47,754 bases of DNA from Candidatus Latescibacterota bacterium (lineage in GTDB: Bacteria; Hydrothermota; Tepidihabitantia; Tepidihabitantales; CAIPLT01). The notes under the pieces were generated by a model. It saw nothing but the letters and a program-made list of their open reading frames with translations, ran no database searches and was not told where the DNA came from. Of this stretch, positions 37,018-45,502 are shown piece by piece. Each line of letters begins with the position of its first letter. Positions within the stretch are counted from its first letter, which is position 1. A program made the position numbers and the translations under genes. The stretch is from the NCBI GenBank assembly GCA_018335915.1, contig JAGXRL010000158.1, forward strand, positions 1 to 47,754, given 5' to 3'.

Positions 37018-37823
37018 TTATCCCCCTTTTTTTCTGTTATTTCTTGATTTAACATTGTTGTTTTACTTGCCCGATAAGCAATAAATAAAATAAGATAACC
37101 GATGACAAGTAAAATCGGCAATGTTATGGTGTAGATGTTCGCGCTGACAAACTTACTTAACCAAAGTTTTGGATAATACATCATGACGATAATAAGCCCG
37201 TCGACCAATTCATGATATAACATGCCGATGACAAAAAAGACAACAAGCCAAGCGCGTTTGGCAAGTCCATGCCAGTGATAAACACCCAAGCCAACCAAGG
37301 CGCCGATTATGGCATGTAATTGTATAGCATAAGCGCGTTCCCAGAGTGCATACCAGGTTGTAAAATACATAAATAGATTAATGCCAAAAATCCGATTGAG
37401 CACCGGAACACAACCAATGATTGATAAAGTAATTGCTTCACCAACGCCATAACAGAGCCCGACCCAATATCCGAAAACAGTTGCACTGCTTTTACGGGTA
37501 AATATTGCCTTGCCTCTTTCACGGGCAATTGCGATAAAGACGATGATTGTTAGTAATTTTGCCAGGGTTTCCCAGAAATTATTATCCATCTGGACCACGC
37601 CTAAAACAAACCAGAACTTGTTATAAGCCATTACCATTGCCTTTTCCCAATGTTTGCGAAATAAAAATGCCGGGAAAAAGACAAAGGCAATAACCCCGGT
37701 TATTGACCAAAGCCAAGCCGGGATTTCGTCTAAAAGCGCTTTTTTTCTAAAGATTAGATAATATATAGTCGGTACAATAATGCCGATACCAATGAATAAA
37801 ACGAGTGCGGGCAATGTTTTCAA
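37014..37823 (-). CDS. Membrane protein, possible PrsW/YhfC-like intramembrane metalloprotease
   Basis: Multiple TM segments; ETLAK, GVGEA, ERAYAIQLH, HELVD motifs. Confidence 0.55.
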   Translation of the reverse strand: MKTLPALVLFIGIGIIVPTIYYLIFRKKALLDEIPAWLWSITGVIAFVFFPAFLFRKHWEKAMVMAYNKFWFVLGVVQMDNNFWETLAKLLTIIVFIAIARERGKAIFTRKSSATVFGYWVGLCYGVGEAITLSIIGCVPVLNRIFGINLFMYFTTWYALWERAYAIQLHAIIGALVGLGVYHWHGLAKRAWLVVFFVIGMLYHELVDGLIIVMMYYPKLWLSKFVSANIYTITLPILLVIGYLILFIAYRASKTTMLNQEITEKKGDK

Positions 37824-37838
37824 ATTTATCTTACGGCG

Positions 37839-38318
37839 TTATTCTTTATCTGCCCATTCCTTTAATTTGCGTTTGATTTTTTCTTCGACTTTGTTACCGA
37901 TTTCTTCCCATTCTTTTTTCTTGGCTTCGTCTTCAGATTCGTCAACCCATGCCTTGACGCCTTCACGGATTTTCTCTTCAACCTTAGGACTAAAGTCTTT
38001 CCATTCGTATTTTATTACTTTTTTACGCCGGCGGGCTTTGAGGCCACCACCGACCGAGATGAACAGACCAAGGATAAACCCAAGATTATAAGTCCAGCCA
38101 TAATTGTTAGCTTCGTAAACCCCGACATTCTTATTAAACAAACTGATGATAAAGGTGATTACGACAATTATGCCGTGCCAGAGCCCAGCCCAGAAGCCGG
38201 CAGGATTAGAGCCTTCGACTTCAGCATTCCATCGCCAATTACCCGGCGCACAATTTAAGGAGATTAATATTGTAATTAGCGCTAATGCTAAGACTATATA
38301 CTTTTTATGTTTTAACAT
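37839..38318 (-). CDS. Hypothetical membrane lipoprotein
   Basis: SLNC lipobox-like; AGFWAGLWHG, YEANNYGWTYNLGF; charged C-terminus; GGAGG RBS. Confidence 0.7.
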   Translation of the reverse strand: MLKHKKYIVLALALITILISLNCAPGNWRWNAEVEGSNPAGFWAGLWHGIIVVITFIISLFNKNVGVYEANNYGWTYNLGFILGLFISVGGGLKARRRKKVIKYEWKDFSPKVEEKIREGVKAWVDESEDEAKKKEWEEIGNKVEEKIKRKLKEWADKE

Positions 38319-38377
38319 AGTGCCTCCAATTTAATAACCACAGGATATCATACAGTTGTGGTTTTAGTTATTACTGC

Positions 38378-38405
38378 ATTATAAGATATTATTTGAAATT
38401 GTCAA
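38378..38405 (-). promoter_or_regulatory. sigma70 promoter of the leftward gene cluster
   Basis: TTGACA-16 nt-TATAAT on the minus strand. Confidence 0.7.
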
Positions 38406-38421
38406 TTATAAAGCGTGATGA

Positions 38422-38504
38422 CCCCGCACCTATTCATGATATTGTATGAAAATAAATATTTGAGCCATAGTTTATCTTCGCTGTATTTGAGAATAGGTGC
38501 GGGG
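38422..38504. mobile_element. CCCCGCACC-type miniature element, copy 4
   Basis: Perfect 14-bp IR CCCCGCACCTATTC / GAATAGGTGCGGGG; flanks ATGA / CTGA. Confidence 0.75.
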
Positions 38505-38785
38505 CTGAGCATAAATCAAGGTTATTGGCAAAAGCGTAATCCCTGATTTTAACAAGATAAACTGCGCTTTTGTAAATATATCGGTGTTTAAATGAGTTTT
38601 GATTACTTGGCTCACAGGTTATTATAAACAATCAGACCAGGCCTGACGACGACCTTAGGAGCCGCTTACCGGTTAAGCGTGTATCTGGTTTTGGCTGAGC
38701 GTGTCATGGCAAACGGCTCACGATGACCATGCCTCAGTATAGTACGGGGTATAAATTCAAAATTATTTGATCGGTGCGGAGTTGA

Positions 38786-38877
38786 CCCACGGCTTCGTCG
38801 AATTGTAAATTGAAGATTGAAAACTTTAAATTTGCATTTTTCGTTTTAAAATGGAGCGGAGCGACATCGGTGCGGGG
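38786..38877. mobile_element. Degenerate CCCCGCACC-type element, copy 5, stacked on another right end (38773-38781)
   Basis: TTGA-[CCCACGGCTTCGTCG...CGACATCGGTGCGGGG]-TTGA; preceded by ATCGGTGCGGAG. Confidence 0.5.
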
Positions 38878-38906
38878 TTGACAGCCATTATTTTATTGGT
38901 TATACT
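38878..38906 (+). promoter_or_regulatory. sigma70 promoter of gap-pgk-tpiA
   Basis: TTGACA-17 nt-TATACT. Confidence 0.75.
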
Positions 38907-39020
38907 GTGAATTGCTACACGATTTGTTTAAAGCAATGAATGTTTGATAAAGTGTTATATTCCTAAGAGATAATATGAAAATGATAAAAGAATATATAAT
39001 AATTAATATTAGGAGGCACA

Positions 39021-40031
39021 ATGGCAATTAAAGTTGCGATTAATGGTTTTGGGCGAATTGGCCGGCTTATTTTAAGAATCGGGCTGAAAAGTAAAAATGT
39101 CGAGTTTGTTGCGGTCAATGACGTTACCGACGCAAAAACCCTTGCTCATCTCTTAAAATACGATTCAGTGCATCGAATCATGTCCGAGAATGTCGAAGCC
39201 TTGGATAACTCTTTTCTGATTAATGGCAAAGAAGTTAAGGTCTTAAATGAAAAAGAACCGGCAAACTTACCCTGGAAAGATCTGGGTGTTGACCTGGTTT
39301 GCGAAGCAACCGGTAAATACACATCATATGAAAAGGCAAAAGCACACCTTGATGCCGGTGCGAAAAAGGTCGTGATTACAGCTCCGGCCAAAGGTGAAAA
39401 GCCGGTCAAATCGATTGTGATGGGCGTTAACGAGTCAATTTATGACGCCAAGACCGACCATATTGTTTCGAATGCGTCCTGCACAACCAACTGTGTGGTT
39501 CCGATTGCCAAGATTCTGCATGAGAATTTTAAGATTAAACGCGGTTATATGACCACGATTCACGCCTACACCGGTGACCAGCGGATTTTAGACGCGCCGC
39601 ACAAAGATTTACGGCGTGCCCGTGCCGCGGCAATGTCAATGATTCCCACTTCAACCGGTGCGGCAAAATTAATCGGCGTGATTTTTCCAGAACTGAAAGG
39701 AAAAATTGACGGCAGCGCGATTCGGGTACCGACTGCGGATGTTTCATTAGTTGATTTGACCTGCGTGGTTGATAAAGATACGAATAAAGACGAAGTTAAT
39801 GCCGCATTTAAGAAGGCATGCTCGGGTCTGATGAAAAAATATGTCCAGTACCAAACTCAGCCGTTAGTTTCAATCGATTTTACAGGCAGTCCATATTCAG
39901 CTATATTTGATTCGTTGCTGACAAGCGTAACTGACAATAATCTGGTCAAGCTTTTTGCCTGGTATGATAATGAATGGGGTTATGCATGCCGAGTAATTGA
40001 CCTGATTGAATATATGGTCAAAAAACAATAA
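39021..40031 (+). CDS. gap: Type I glyceraldehyde-3-phosphate dehydrogenase
   Basis: INGFGRIGR, SNASCTTNC, WYDNEWGY. Confidence 0.99.
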   Translation: MAIKVAINGFGRIGRLILRIGLKSKNVEFVAVNDVTDAKTLAHLLKYDSVHRIMSENVEALDNSFLINGKEVKVLNEKEPANLPWKDLGVDLVCEATGKYTSYEKAKAHLDAGAKKVVITAPAKGEKPVKSIVMGVNESIYDAKTDHIVSNASCTTNCVVPIAKILHENFKIKRGYMTTIHAYTGDQRILDAPHKDLRRARAAAMSMIPTSTGAAKLIGVIFPELKGKIDGSAIRVPTADVSLVDLTCVVDKDTNKDEVNAAFKKACSGLMKKYVQYQTQPLVSIDFTGSPYSAIFDSLLTSVTDNNLVKLFAWYDNEWGYACRVIDLIEYMVKKQ

Positions 40032-40092
40032 AAAATATGCCACAGAGACACAGAGCTCACAGAGAAAACCCTAACTTATCTAAGAAAAAACA

Positions 40093-41283
40093 ATGAAGAA
40101 ACTTACAATTCGGGATATTGACATAAGCAATAAGAAAGTGCTGGTGCGGGTTGATTTTAATGTGCCGTTTAGTTCAGACGGAAAGATTGCAGATGACACG
40201 AGAATTCGTGCCGCACTGCCAACAATCGAATATCTGCTTAAACATAATTGTTTGATTGTTTTAATATCTCATCTGGGTAAGCCAAAAGGCAAGATTGAAG
40301 CGAAATATTCTTTACAACCGGTTGCGCAAAGACTGTCTGAGCTGATGAATAAAAATGTGGTGTTTGCGAGTGATTGTATTGGTGCTGACGTCGAAAACAG
40401 TATCAATCAGGCAAAACCTGGTGATATCGTCTTATTAGAAAATCTGCGGTCTCATATTGAAGAGGAAAAGAACGAACCGAATTTTGCTAAAGCGTTGGCA
40501 TCTCTCTCTGAGATTTATGTTAATGATGCGTTTGCAACTGCGCATCGCGCCCACGCTTCGACCGAAAATATTGCCAGGTATTTTACAACGCCGGTTGCAG
40601 GTCTTTTAATGGAAAAAGAGATTGAATATCTGAGTTATGTTGTCGAGCAACCGAAAAGTCCTTTTATTGCGGTAATCGGTGGTGCTAAAATAAAAGACAA
40701 GCTCGGCGTGATAAAAAACCTTTTGCCAAAAGTTGACGCTTTACTCATTGGCGGCGGTTTAATCTATAATTTCTTAAAAGCACAAGGATTGGATATCGGT
40801 AATTCTATTTACCAACCAGAGATGCTTGATCAGGCAAAAGATTTGCTTTCCGAAAGCAAACTTCGCTTGCCGGTTGATGTCATGATAACAGACAAAGTTG
40901 ATGTAAATGGTAACACTAAAATCGTAAAAGCAGACTCAATCGAAAATAACTGGGCTGGCATTGATATCGGGAACGAAACTGTAAAAATATATACTGATAT
41001 TATTAAGACCGCACGAACAGTGGTCTGGGCTGGACCGATCGGTGTTTTTGAAATAGACCGGTTTGCCGCTGGCAGCAAAGCAATCGCTGAAACAATTGCG
41101 GAAACAACTAAAAACGGGGCGACCTCGGTTGTTGGCGGCGGTGATACAGTAGCGTGTCTGGCTAAATTCGGCTTGAAAGATAAAGTCAGTTTTGTCTCGA
41201 CCGGAGGCAGTGCCAGTTTGGAGTTTCTCGAAGGACTGGAATTACCCGGCATAAAAGCATTAAAAGATAAGGAGTTAAAATGA
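40093..41283 (+). CDS. pgk: Phosphoglycerate kinase
   Basis: VRVDFNVP, SHLG, VNDAF..AHRAHAS, GGGDT, ASLEFLEG. Confidence 0.98.
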   Translation: MKKLTIRDIDISNKKVLVRVDFNVPFSSDGKIADDTRIRAALPTIEYLLKHNCLIVLISHLGKPKGKIEAKYSLQPVAQRLSELMNKNVVFASDCIGADVENSINQAKPGDIVLLENLRSHIEEEKNEPNFAKALASLSEIYVNDAFATAHRAHASTENIARYFTTPVAGLLMEKEIEYLSYVVEQPKSPFIAVIGGAKIKDKLGVIKNLLPKVDALLIGGGLIYNFLKAQGLDIGNSIYQPEMLDQAKDLLSESKLRLPVDVMITDKVDVNGNTKIVKADSIENNWAGIDIGNETVKIYTDIIKTARTVVWAGPIGVFEIDRFAAGSKAIAETIAETTKNGATSVVGGGDTVACLAKFGLKDKVSFVSTGGSASLEFLEGLELPGIKALKDKELK

Positions 41284-42029
41284 GAAGACCGCTTATTGCC
41301 GGCAACTGGAAAATGAACAAAACACCATCTGAGGCAAAAGGATTTGCCCAGGAATTGATTAAGGCATTGCCGGTAAAAACAGATGTTGAAATATTAATCT
41401 GTCCGCCTTATACCGCATTAAGTTTAGTGGCAGATATAGTTAAAAACACTCCAATAAAGCTTGGTGCGCAAAATATGTACTGGGAAGCCAAAGGCGCATT
41501 TACTGGTGAAATCTCAGGTGAGTTTTTAAAAGACATTGGCTGCGAATATGTAATTTTAGGACATTCTGAGCGCCGGCAATACTTTGGCGAAACCGACGAG
41601 ACTGTCAATAAGAAATTACACGCGGCGCTGACAGGAAATTTAAAACCGATTATTTGTATCGGTGAGCGTCTTTCTGAGCGGGAAACAAACCTGACTTTTG
41701 ACGTTATCCAAAAGCAGTTACAGGGTGGCTTTATGAATGTTGGTAATATCGAAAATGTGGTTGTTGCATACGAACCAGTATGGGCGATCGGCACTGGCAA
41801 AACCGCAACACCAGAACAAGCTCAGGAAGTGCATAAATATATCAGAAATTTTATAGTTGATAAATATGATAAAAACACCGCGGATAAGATGCGAATTCTT
41901 TATGGCGGCAGTGTCACGCCGGAAAACATCGCGGTTTTAATGAAACAACCGGATATTGACGGCGCATTGGTGGGTGGAGCAAGTTTAAAACTGGATTCAT
42001 TCTTGCAGTTGACAAAGGCAGGGTCTTGA
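41280..42029 (+). CDS. tpiA: Triosephosphate isomerase
   Basis: AGNWKMN, GHSERR, AYEPVWAIGTG, YGGSV, LVGGASL. Confidence 0.99.
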   Translation: MRRPLIAGNWKMNKTPSEAKGFAQELIKALPVKTDVEILICPPYTALSLVADIVKNTPIKLGAQNMYWEAKGAFTGEISGEFLKDIGCEYVILGHSERRQYFGETDETVNKKLHAALTGNLKPIICIGERLSERETNLTFDVIQKQLQGGFMNVGNIENVVVAYEPVWAIGTGKTATPEQAQEVHKYIRNFIVDKYDKNTADKMRILYGGSVTPENIAVLMKQPDIDGALVGGASLKLDSFLQLTKAGS

Positions 42030-42068
42030 CTTTATGATTAAAGTAAGTTATTATGAAATGGAGAATTT

Positions 42069-42392
42069 ATGTTTGGATTAATAATAGTTTTGCACATCTT
42101 AGTTTGTATTGTGCTCGTGATTGTGGTTTTGTTTCAACAGCCGCGTAAGGGCGGTGTCGCGACCGTTTTTGGCGGCGGCGAGTCGGTTTTTGGCGGGGGC
42201 GGCGCAGCGCCGTTTATGGCAAAACTGACAACCGGTCTGGCTATATTGTTTATGGTTACCTCGCTTGGCTTGGTGCTGATTTCGGCACAAAGAGCAAGAG
42301 GGCCGGCAACGCGGACTCAACAAGAAACGACCGTTCCTCAAGAACAAGCACCGCTGCGGACTCAAGAGATACCGCAATCAGGAGGAGAATAA
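42069..42392 (+). CDS. secG: Preprotein translocase subunit SecG
   Basis: Two TM helices with a Gly-rich loop; follows tpiA; own TTGACT-17-TATTAT promoter at 42026-42054. Confidence 0.92.
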   Translation: MFGLIIVLHILVCIVLVIVVLFQQPRKGGVATVFGGGESVFGGGGAAPFMAKLTTGLAILFMVTSLGLVLISAQRARGPATRTQQETTVPQEQAPLRTQEIPQSGGE

Positions 42393-42706
42393 TGTTTGCA
42401 ATCGTGCGCATTAAGGGATTTCAGTTTTTTGCCAAACCCGGCGAAAAAATCACGGTTCCGAAATTAGATTTAGAACCAGAGGCACAAGTAACTTTTGATG
42501 ACGTTTTGTTTGTCAAAACCGAAGATAAAGCATTGATCGGCAACCCAACCGTAAAAGGTGTTTCAGTCGAAGCCAAAGTATTGGCGCATACTCGAGCCCC
42601 AAAGGTTACTACGTTTAAATTTATCCGGCGCGAGAATTACCGCCGGTTAAAAGGACACAAACAGAACTTAACCGAACTGGAGGTCAGTAGAATAAATTTG
42701 TCGTAA
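42392..42706 (+). CDS. rplU: 50S ribosomal protein L21
   Basis: MFAIV..G.Q, IGNPTV, KGHKQ. Confidence 0.95.
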   Translation: MFAIVRIKGFQFFAKPGEKITVPKLDLEPEAQVTFDDVLFVKTEDKALIGNPTVKGVSVEAKVLAHTRAPKVTTFKFIRRENYRRLKGHKQNLTELEVSRINLS

Positions 42707-42803
42707 TGAAGGATAATGTGTAAACCACGTGAGCGGGTATAGAATTGAATAAATCAGTCGTTAAAAACTTCAAAAAACAGAAGTATAATTTTGGGGGACA
42801 TCA

Positions 42804-43685
42804 ATGTCAAAAAAAAGTATTTTCTTGTTAATAGCCAGCGTTGTCATGCTAAGTTTTTTCACGCCAGTCTTTGCCAACCTGCTTTTAAATCCCGATTTTG
42901 AAGCCTGGACTAATTTCCGACAGCCATCCGAATGGACGGTTGAAGATACGGTATACGCCAAAATTTATAAAGAGAGTACGCGGGTATTTCACGGAAATTA
43001 TGCGGTAAAAATGCAGAGATTCCAAATCGGCACCGGTAATAACAAGGGCATCTTTCAAAGAGTTGCAATTCCGGGTCGCGGTCGATACATAGCCAGCGTC
43101 CGTTTTTATCGTAATAACGACAGCGTGCTGGGCGGACTCACGATAACCTGGCGCAATGCCAACGCCGGTTTTATCAGTTCTTGGCCAGTTCTTTATACAG
43201 ATACAATTTTACCTTCTTGGCAGGTTGTCCGCAAGGCGGCAATAACCGATACTGCCCCAACTGGCGCTGTTTATGCGGATTTTATCATCCGCACTTATGG
43301 TCGCGGCGCGCCGACGCCAAGCCCATCGGGCGGGACGCTTTTTGTTGACAGCGTCTCTTTTGGTGCGGTTACCGCAATTGAGGAGATTGGCAATAGTATA
43401 AGCGCAAACCCACTTAACTTAGAAGTTAAACCGAATCCATTTTCGAATACGGCGCGAATCAATTTCTCGGTCAACCCCGCTGATTTTGGCGCGGTCAAAA
43501 TTTATGACGCCACCGGTAATCTGGTCAGAACGATCCGGTCAATCGGGCAAGCCGGCAGTTCGTATACAACAACCTGGGACGGACGAAACGAGAGAGGTAT
43601 TTTAAGCGCACCCGGCGTCTACTTTATCGTACTCGAGACCAAACAAGGTCAATCCCAAGCTTTGAAAACAATGTTTCTAAGATAA
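42804..43685 (+). CDS. Secreted protein with a carbohydrate-binding-like domain and FlgD-Ig/CTD C-terminus
   Basis: Signal peptide, NLLLNPDFE, PNPF, IYDATGNLVR, WDGRN, PGVYF. Confidence 0.8.
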   Translation: MSKKSIFLLIASVVMLSFFTPVFANLLLNPDFEAWTNFRQPSEWTVEDTVYAKIYKESTRVFHGNYAVKMQRFQIGTGNNKGIFQRVAIPGRGRYIASVRFYRNNDSVLGGLTITWRNANAGFISSWPVLYTDTILPSWQVVRKAAITDTAPTGAVYADFIIRTYGRGAPTPSPSGGTLFVDSVSFGAVTAIEEIGNSISANPLNLEVKPNPFSNTARINFSVNPADFGAVKIYDATGNLVRTIRSIGQAGSSYTTTWDGRNERGILSAPGVYFIVLETKQGQSQALKTMFLR

Positions 43686-43710
43686 TTTTAACATAACCAA
43701 GGAGGACAGT

Positions 43711-45282
43711 ATGATAAAAATACTGTTGTCAATTTTTGTATTGTTAAATTTTAGCATAACCATACTTGATGCTCAACCGCAAGGACAGGTTATCTGGTCG
43801 CGGCAGGGCACAGGCGGTATTTATGCCGCATTTCCTACTTACGATTATAACAATGACGGCATTGCTGATGTCGTGGCAGCGGCTTATTATGGTGCTTATC
43901 CGTCACCGCCAATCCGGCTCTTTTTAGTATCGGGTTCGGACGGCAGTGCAATCTGGACTCGTTCGGATTGTCAGGGTGTTTGGGGTAATCGGGGACTGTC
44001 AACGATTAGTGATATTTCCGGCGACTCGATTCCGGACATTATTATGGGCACGCCAGGCGGTATTTTTCCGGGCCGAACCGTGTTTGCCATCAATGGCGTA
44101 ACCAATGCTACGCTCTGGAGTAAATCTTATTATCCAGATGCGGGCTGGGTCTATTCAGTGCGGCCAACAGTCGATATTAATAATGACGGTTATCCAGAAG
44201 TACTGGCTGGTGTTGGCGGAGTATCGACAACCGGCAACCGGGGGGTCGCGCAGTGTTTTTGCGGACATACCGGCGATTCATTGTGGGCATTCAAACCGTA
44301 TGATGCGGTGATGTGTATTTTTCCGCATTATGATATTAATAACGACACGGTGCCCGAAGTTATTTTCGGAGCAGGCGGCAATGGTTATGATAATAAAATC
44401 TATTGTCTGAACGGCAGGACCGGCGCACAAATCTGGTCGTATAATACCGGCGGTTCGGTCGAATATGTTATAGGGATTGACGATATTAACGGCAATGGCG
44501 TGCCAGATGTGGTTGGCGGCGGCTGGGCTTATAAAGTTGTCTGCGTTGACGGTTTGACCGGCAGTTTGCTCTGGCAAAACACCTTGGGCAGCCCCAGAGT
44601 TATTTATGATTTAAGACGCATCCGCGATATTAACAATGACGGTTATGACGATATCGTGGTCGGGTCGTGGTCAAATCAGGTTACGGTTCTGTCTGGTTTA
44701 ACCGGCGCTATTTTATGGTCACAAACCGTTGGTGGTGATTGCTGGAATGTTGATACCCTGCCAGACATGACTGGTGACGGGATTCCAGAAGTCGTTGCCG
44801 GTGCAGTCAATGGCAGAAATGTTATGGTGCTCAACGGAGCCAATGGCAATATTATCTGGCAATATAATTTCATTGACCGTGTGTATGATGTTGCTTGTGG
44901 TGCTGATTTTGACAATGACGGATATGTTGATGTATTGGTCTCCTTGCAAGACCAGAACAGCCAGCCCTATCAATTGTATGCGTTAAAAGGATTTGTAGCA
45001 GGTATTGAAGAAGAAAATATGTCGGCGTTCGTTCCGAAAATAAAAGTTATCCAGTTAAAAGACCGGGCACGGATTAAATTATCGGTTCCAGTCGGAAAAA
45101 AATTCCAAGCCGGTTTATATGATCTAGGCGGCAGGCGGGTAGAAAAAACACCGGCAACGATTGCACGAAACGAAACGAATTACATCGAATTCATTAAAGA
45201 CACAAAACCAGCCGGTATCTACTTTGTGAGAATTGAAATTGAGGATTACAAAACCGAGACGGTTAAGATTACATTATTCTAA
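43711..45282 (+). CDS. Secreted FG-GAP/PQQ-like beta-propeller protein with C-terminal sorting-like domain
   Basis: Repeated D(I/Y/F)NNDG..(D/E)V loops alternating with G.TG..LW; C-terminal LYDLGGR, AGIYFV. Confidence 0.85.
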   Translation: MIKILLSIFVLLNFSITILDAQPQGQVIWSRQGTGGIYAAFPTYDYNNDGIADVVAAAYYGAYPSPPIRLFLVSGSDGSAIWTRSDCQGVWGNRGLSTISDISGDSIPDIIMGTPGGIFPGRTVFAINGVTNATLWSKSYYPDAGWVYSVRPTVDINNDGYPEVLAGVGGVSTTGNRGVAQCFCGHTGDSLWAFKPYDAVMCIFPHYDINNDTVPEVIFGAGGNGYDNKIYCLNGRTGAQIWSYNTGGSVEYVIGIDDINGNGVPDVVGGGWAYKVVCVDGLTGSLLWQNTLGSPRVIYDLRRIRDINNDGYDDIVVGSWSNQVTVLSGLTGAILWSQTVGGDCWNVDTLPDMTGDGIPEVVAGAVNGRNVMVLNGANGNIIWQYNFIDRVYDVACGADFDNDGYVDVLVSLQDQNSQPYQLYALKGFVAGIEEENMSAFVPKIKVIQLKDRARIKLSVPVGKKFQAGLYDLGGRRVEKTPATIARNETNYIEFIKDTKPAGIYFVRIEIEDYKTETVKITLF

Positions 45283-45291
45283 GTTAGATTT

Positions 45292-45328
45292 AAGGGACGC
45301 ACCCATAAAACTGGGAGCGTCCCTTTTT
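45292..45328. terminator. Terminator between the convergent CDS and tRNA
   Basis: AAGGGACGC...GCGTCCCTT followed by TTT. Confidence 0.7.
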
Positions 45329-45330
45329 AC

Positions 45331-45404
45331 TGGGCGATACCTGATTTGAACAGGTGACCTCATGCATGTGAGGCATGCGCTCTAACCAACTGAGCTAATC
45401 GCCC
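45331..45404 (-). tRNA. tRNA-Val (anticodon CAC), CCA not encoded
   Basis: GGGCGATTAGCTCAGTTGGTTAGAGCG-CATGC-CTCACAT-GCATG-AGGTCACCTGTTCAAATCAGGTATCGCCCA folds into a cloverleaf. Confidence 0.96.
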
Positions 45405-45411
45405 GATTAAA

Positions 45412-45493
45412 AATGTTTTGGAGTTTCAGTGTTTAAAAGTTTACGAGTTGTTTCATAAACTCTCAACTCTGCAACTCTAAAACTCCAAATATT
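45412..45493. repeat. 8-bp-period inverted-repeat hairpin
   Basis: GGAGTTTC AGTGTTTA AAAGTTTA CGAGTT mirrored by TAAACTCT CAACTCTG CAACTCTA AAACTCCA. Confidence 0.7.
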
Positions 45494-45502
45494 ACGATTT
45501 TT

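Noticed and set aside
38633..38700. Hammerhead ribozyme (CTGACGA), group II intron domain V (GAGCCG) or SRP RNA (TCAGG)
   Set aside because: The partner motifs (GAAA core, domain V stem with AC bulge, GGAAGGAAGCAG) are absent.
45331..45404. tRNA-Val as an integration site
   Set aside because: No integrase and no duplicated tRNA 3' end seen in the window.
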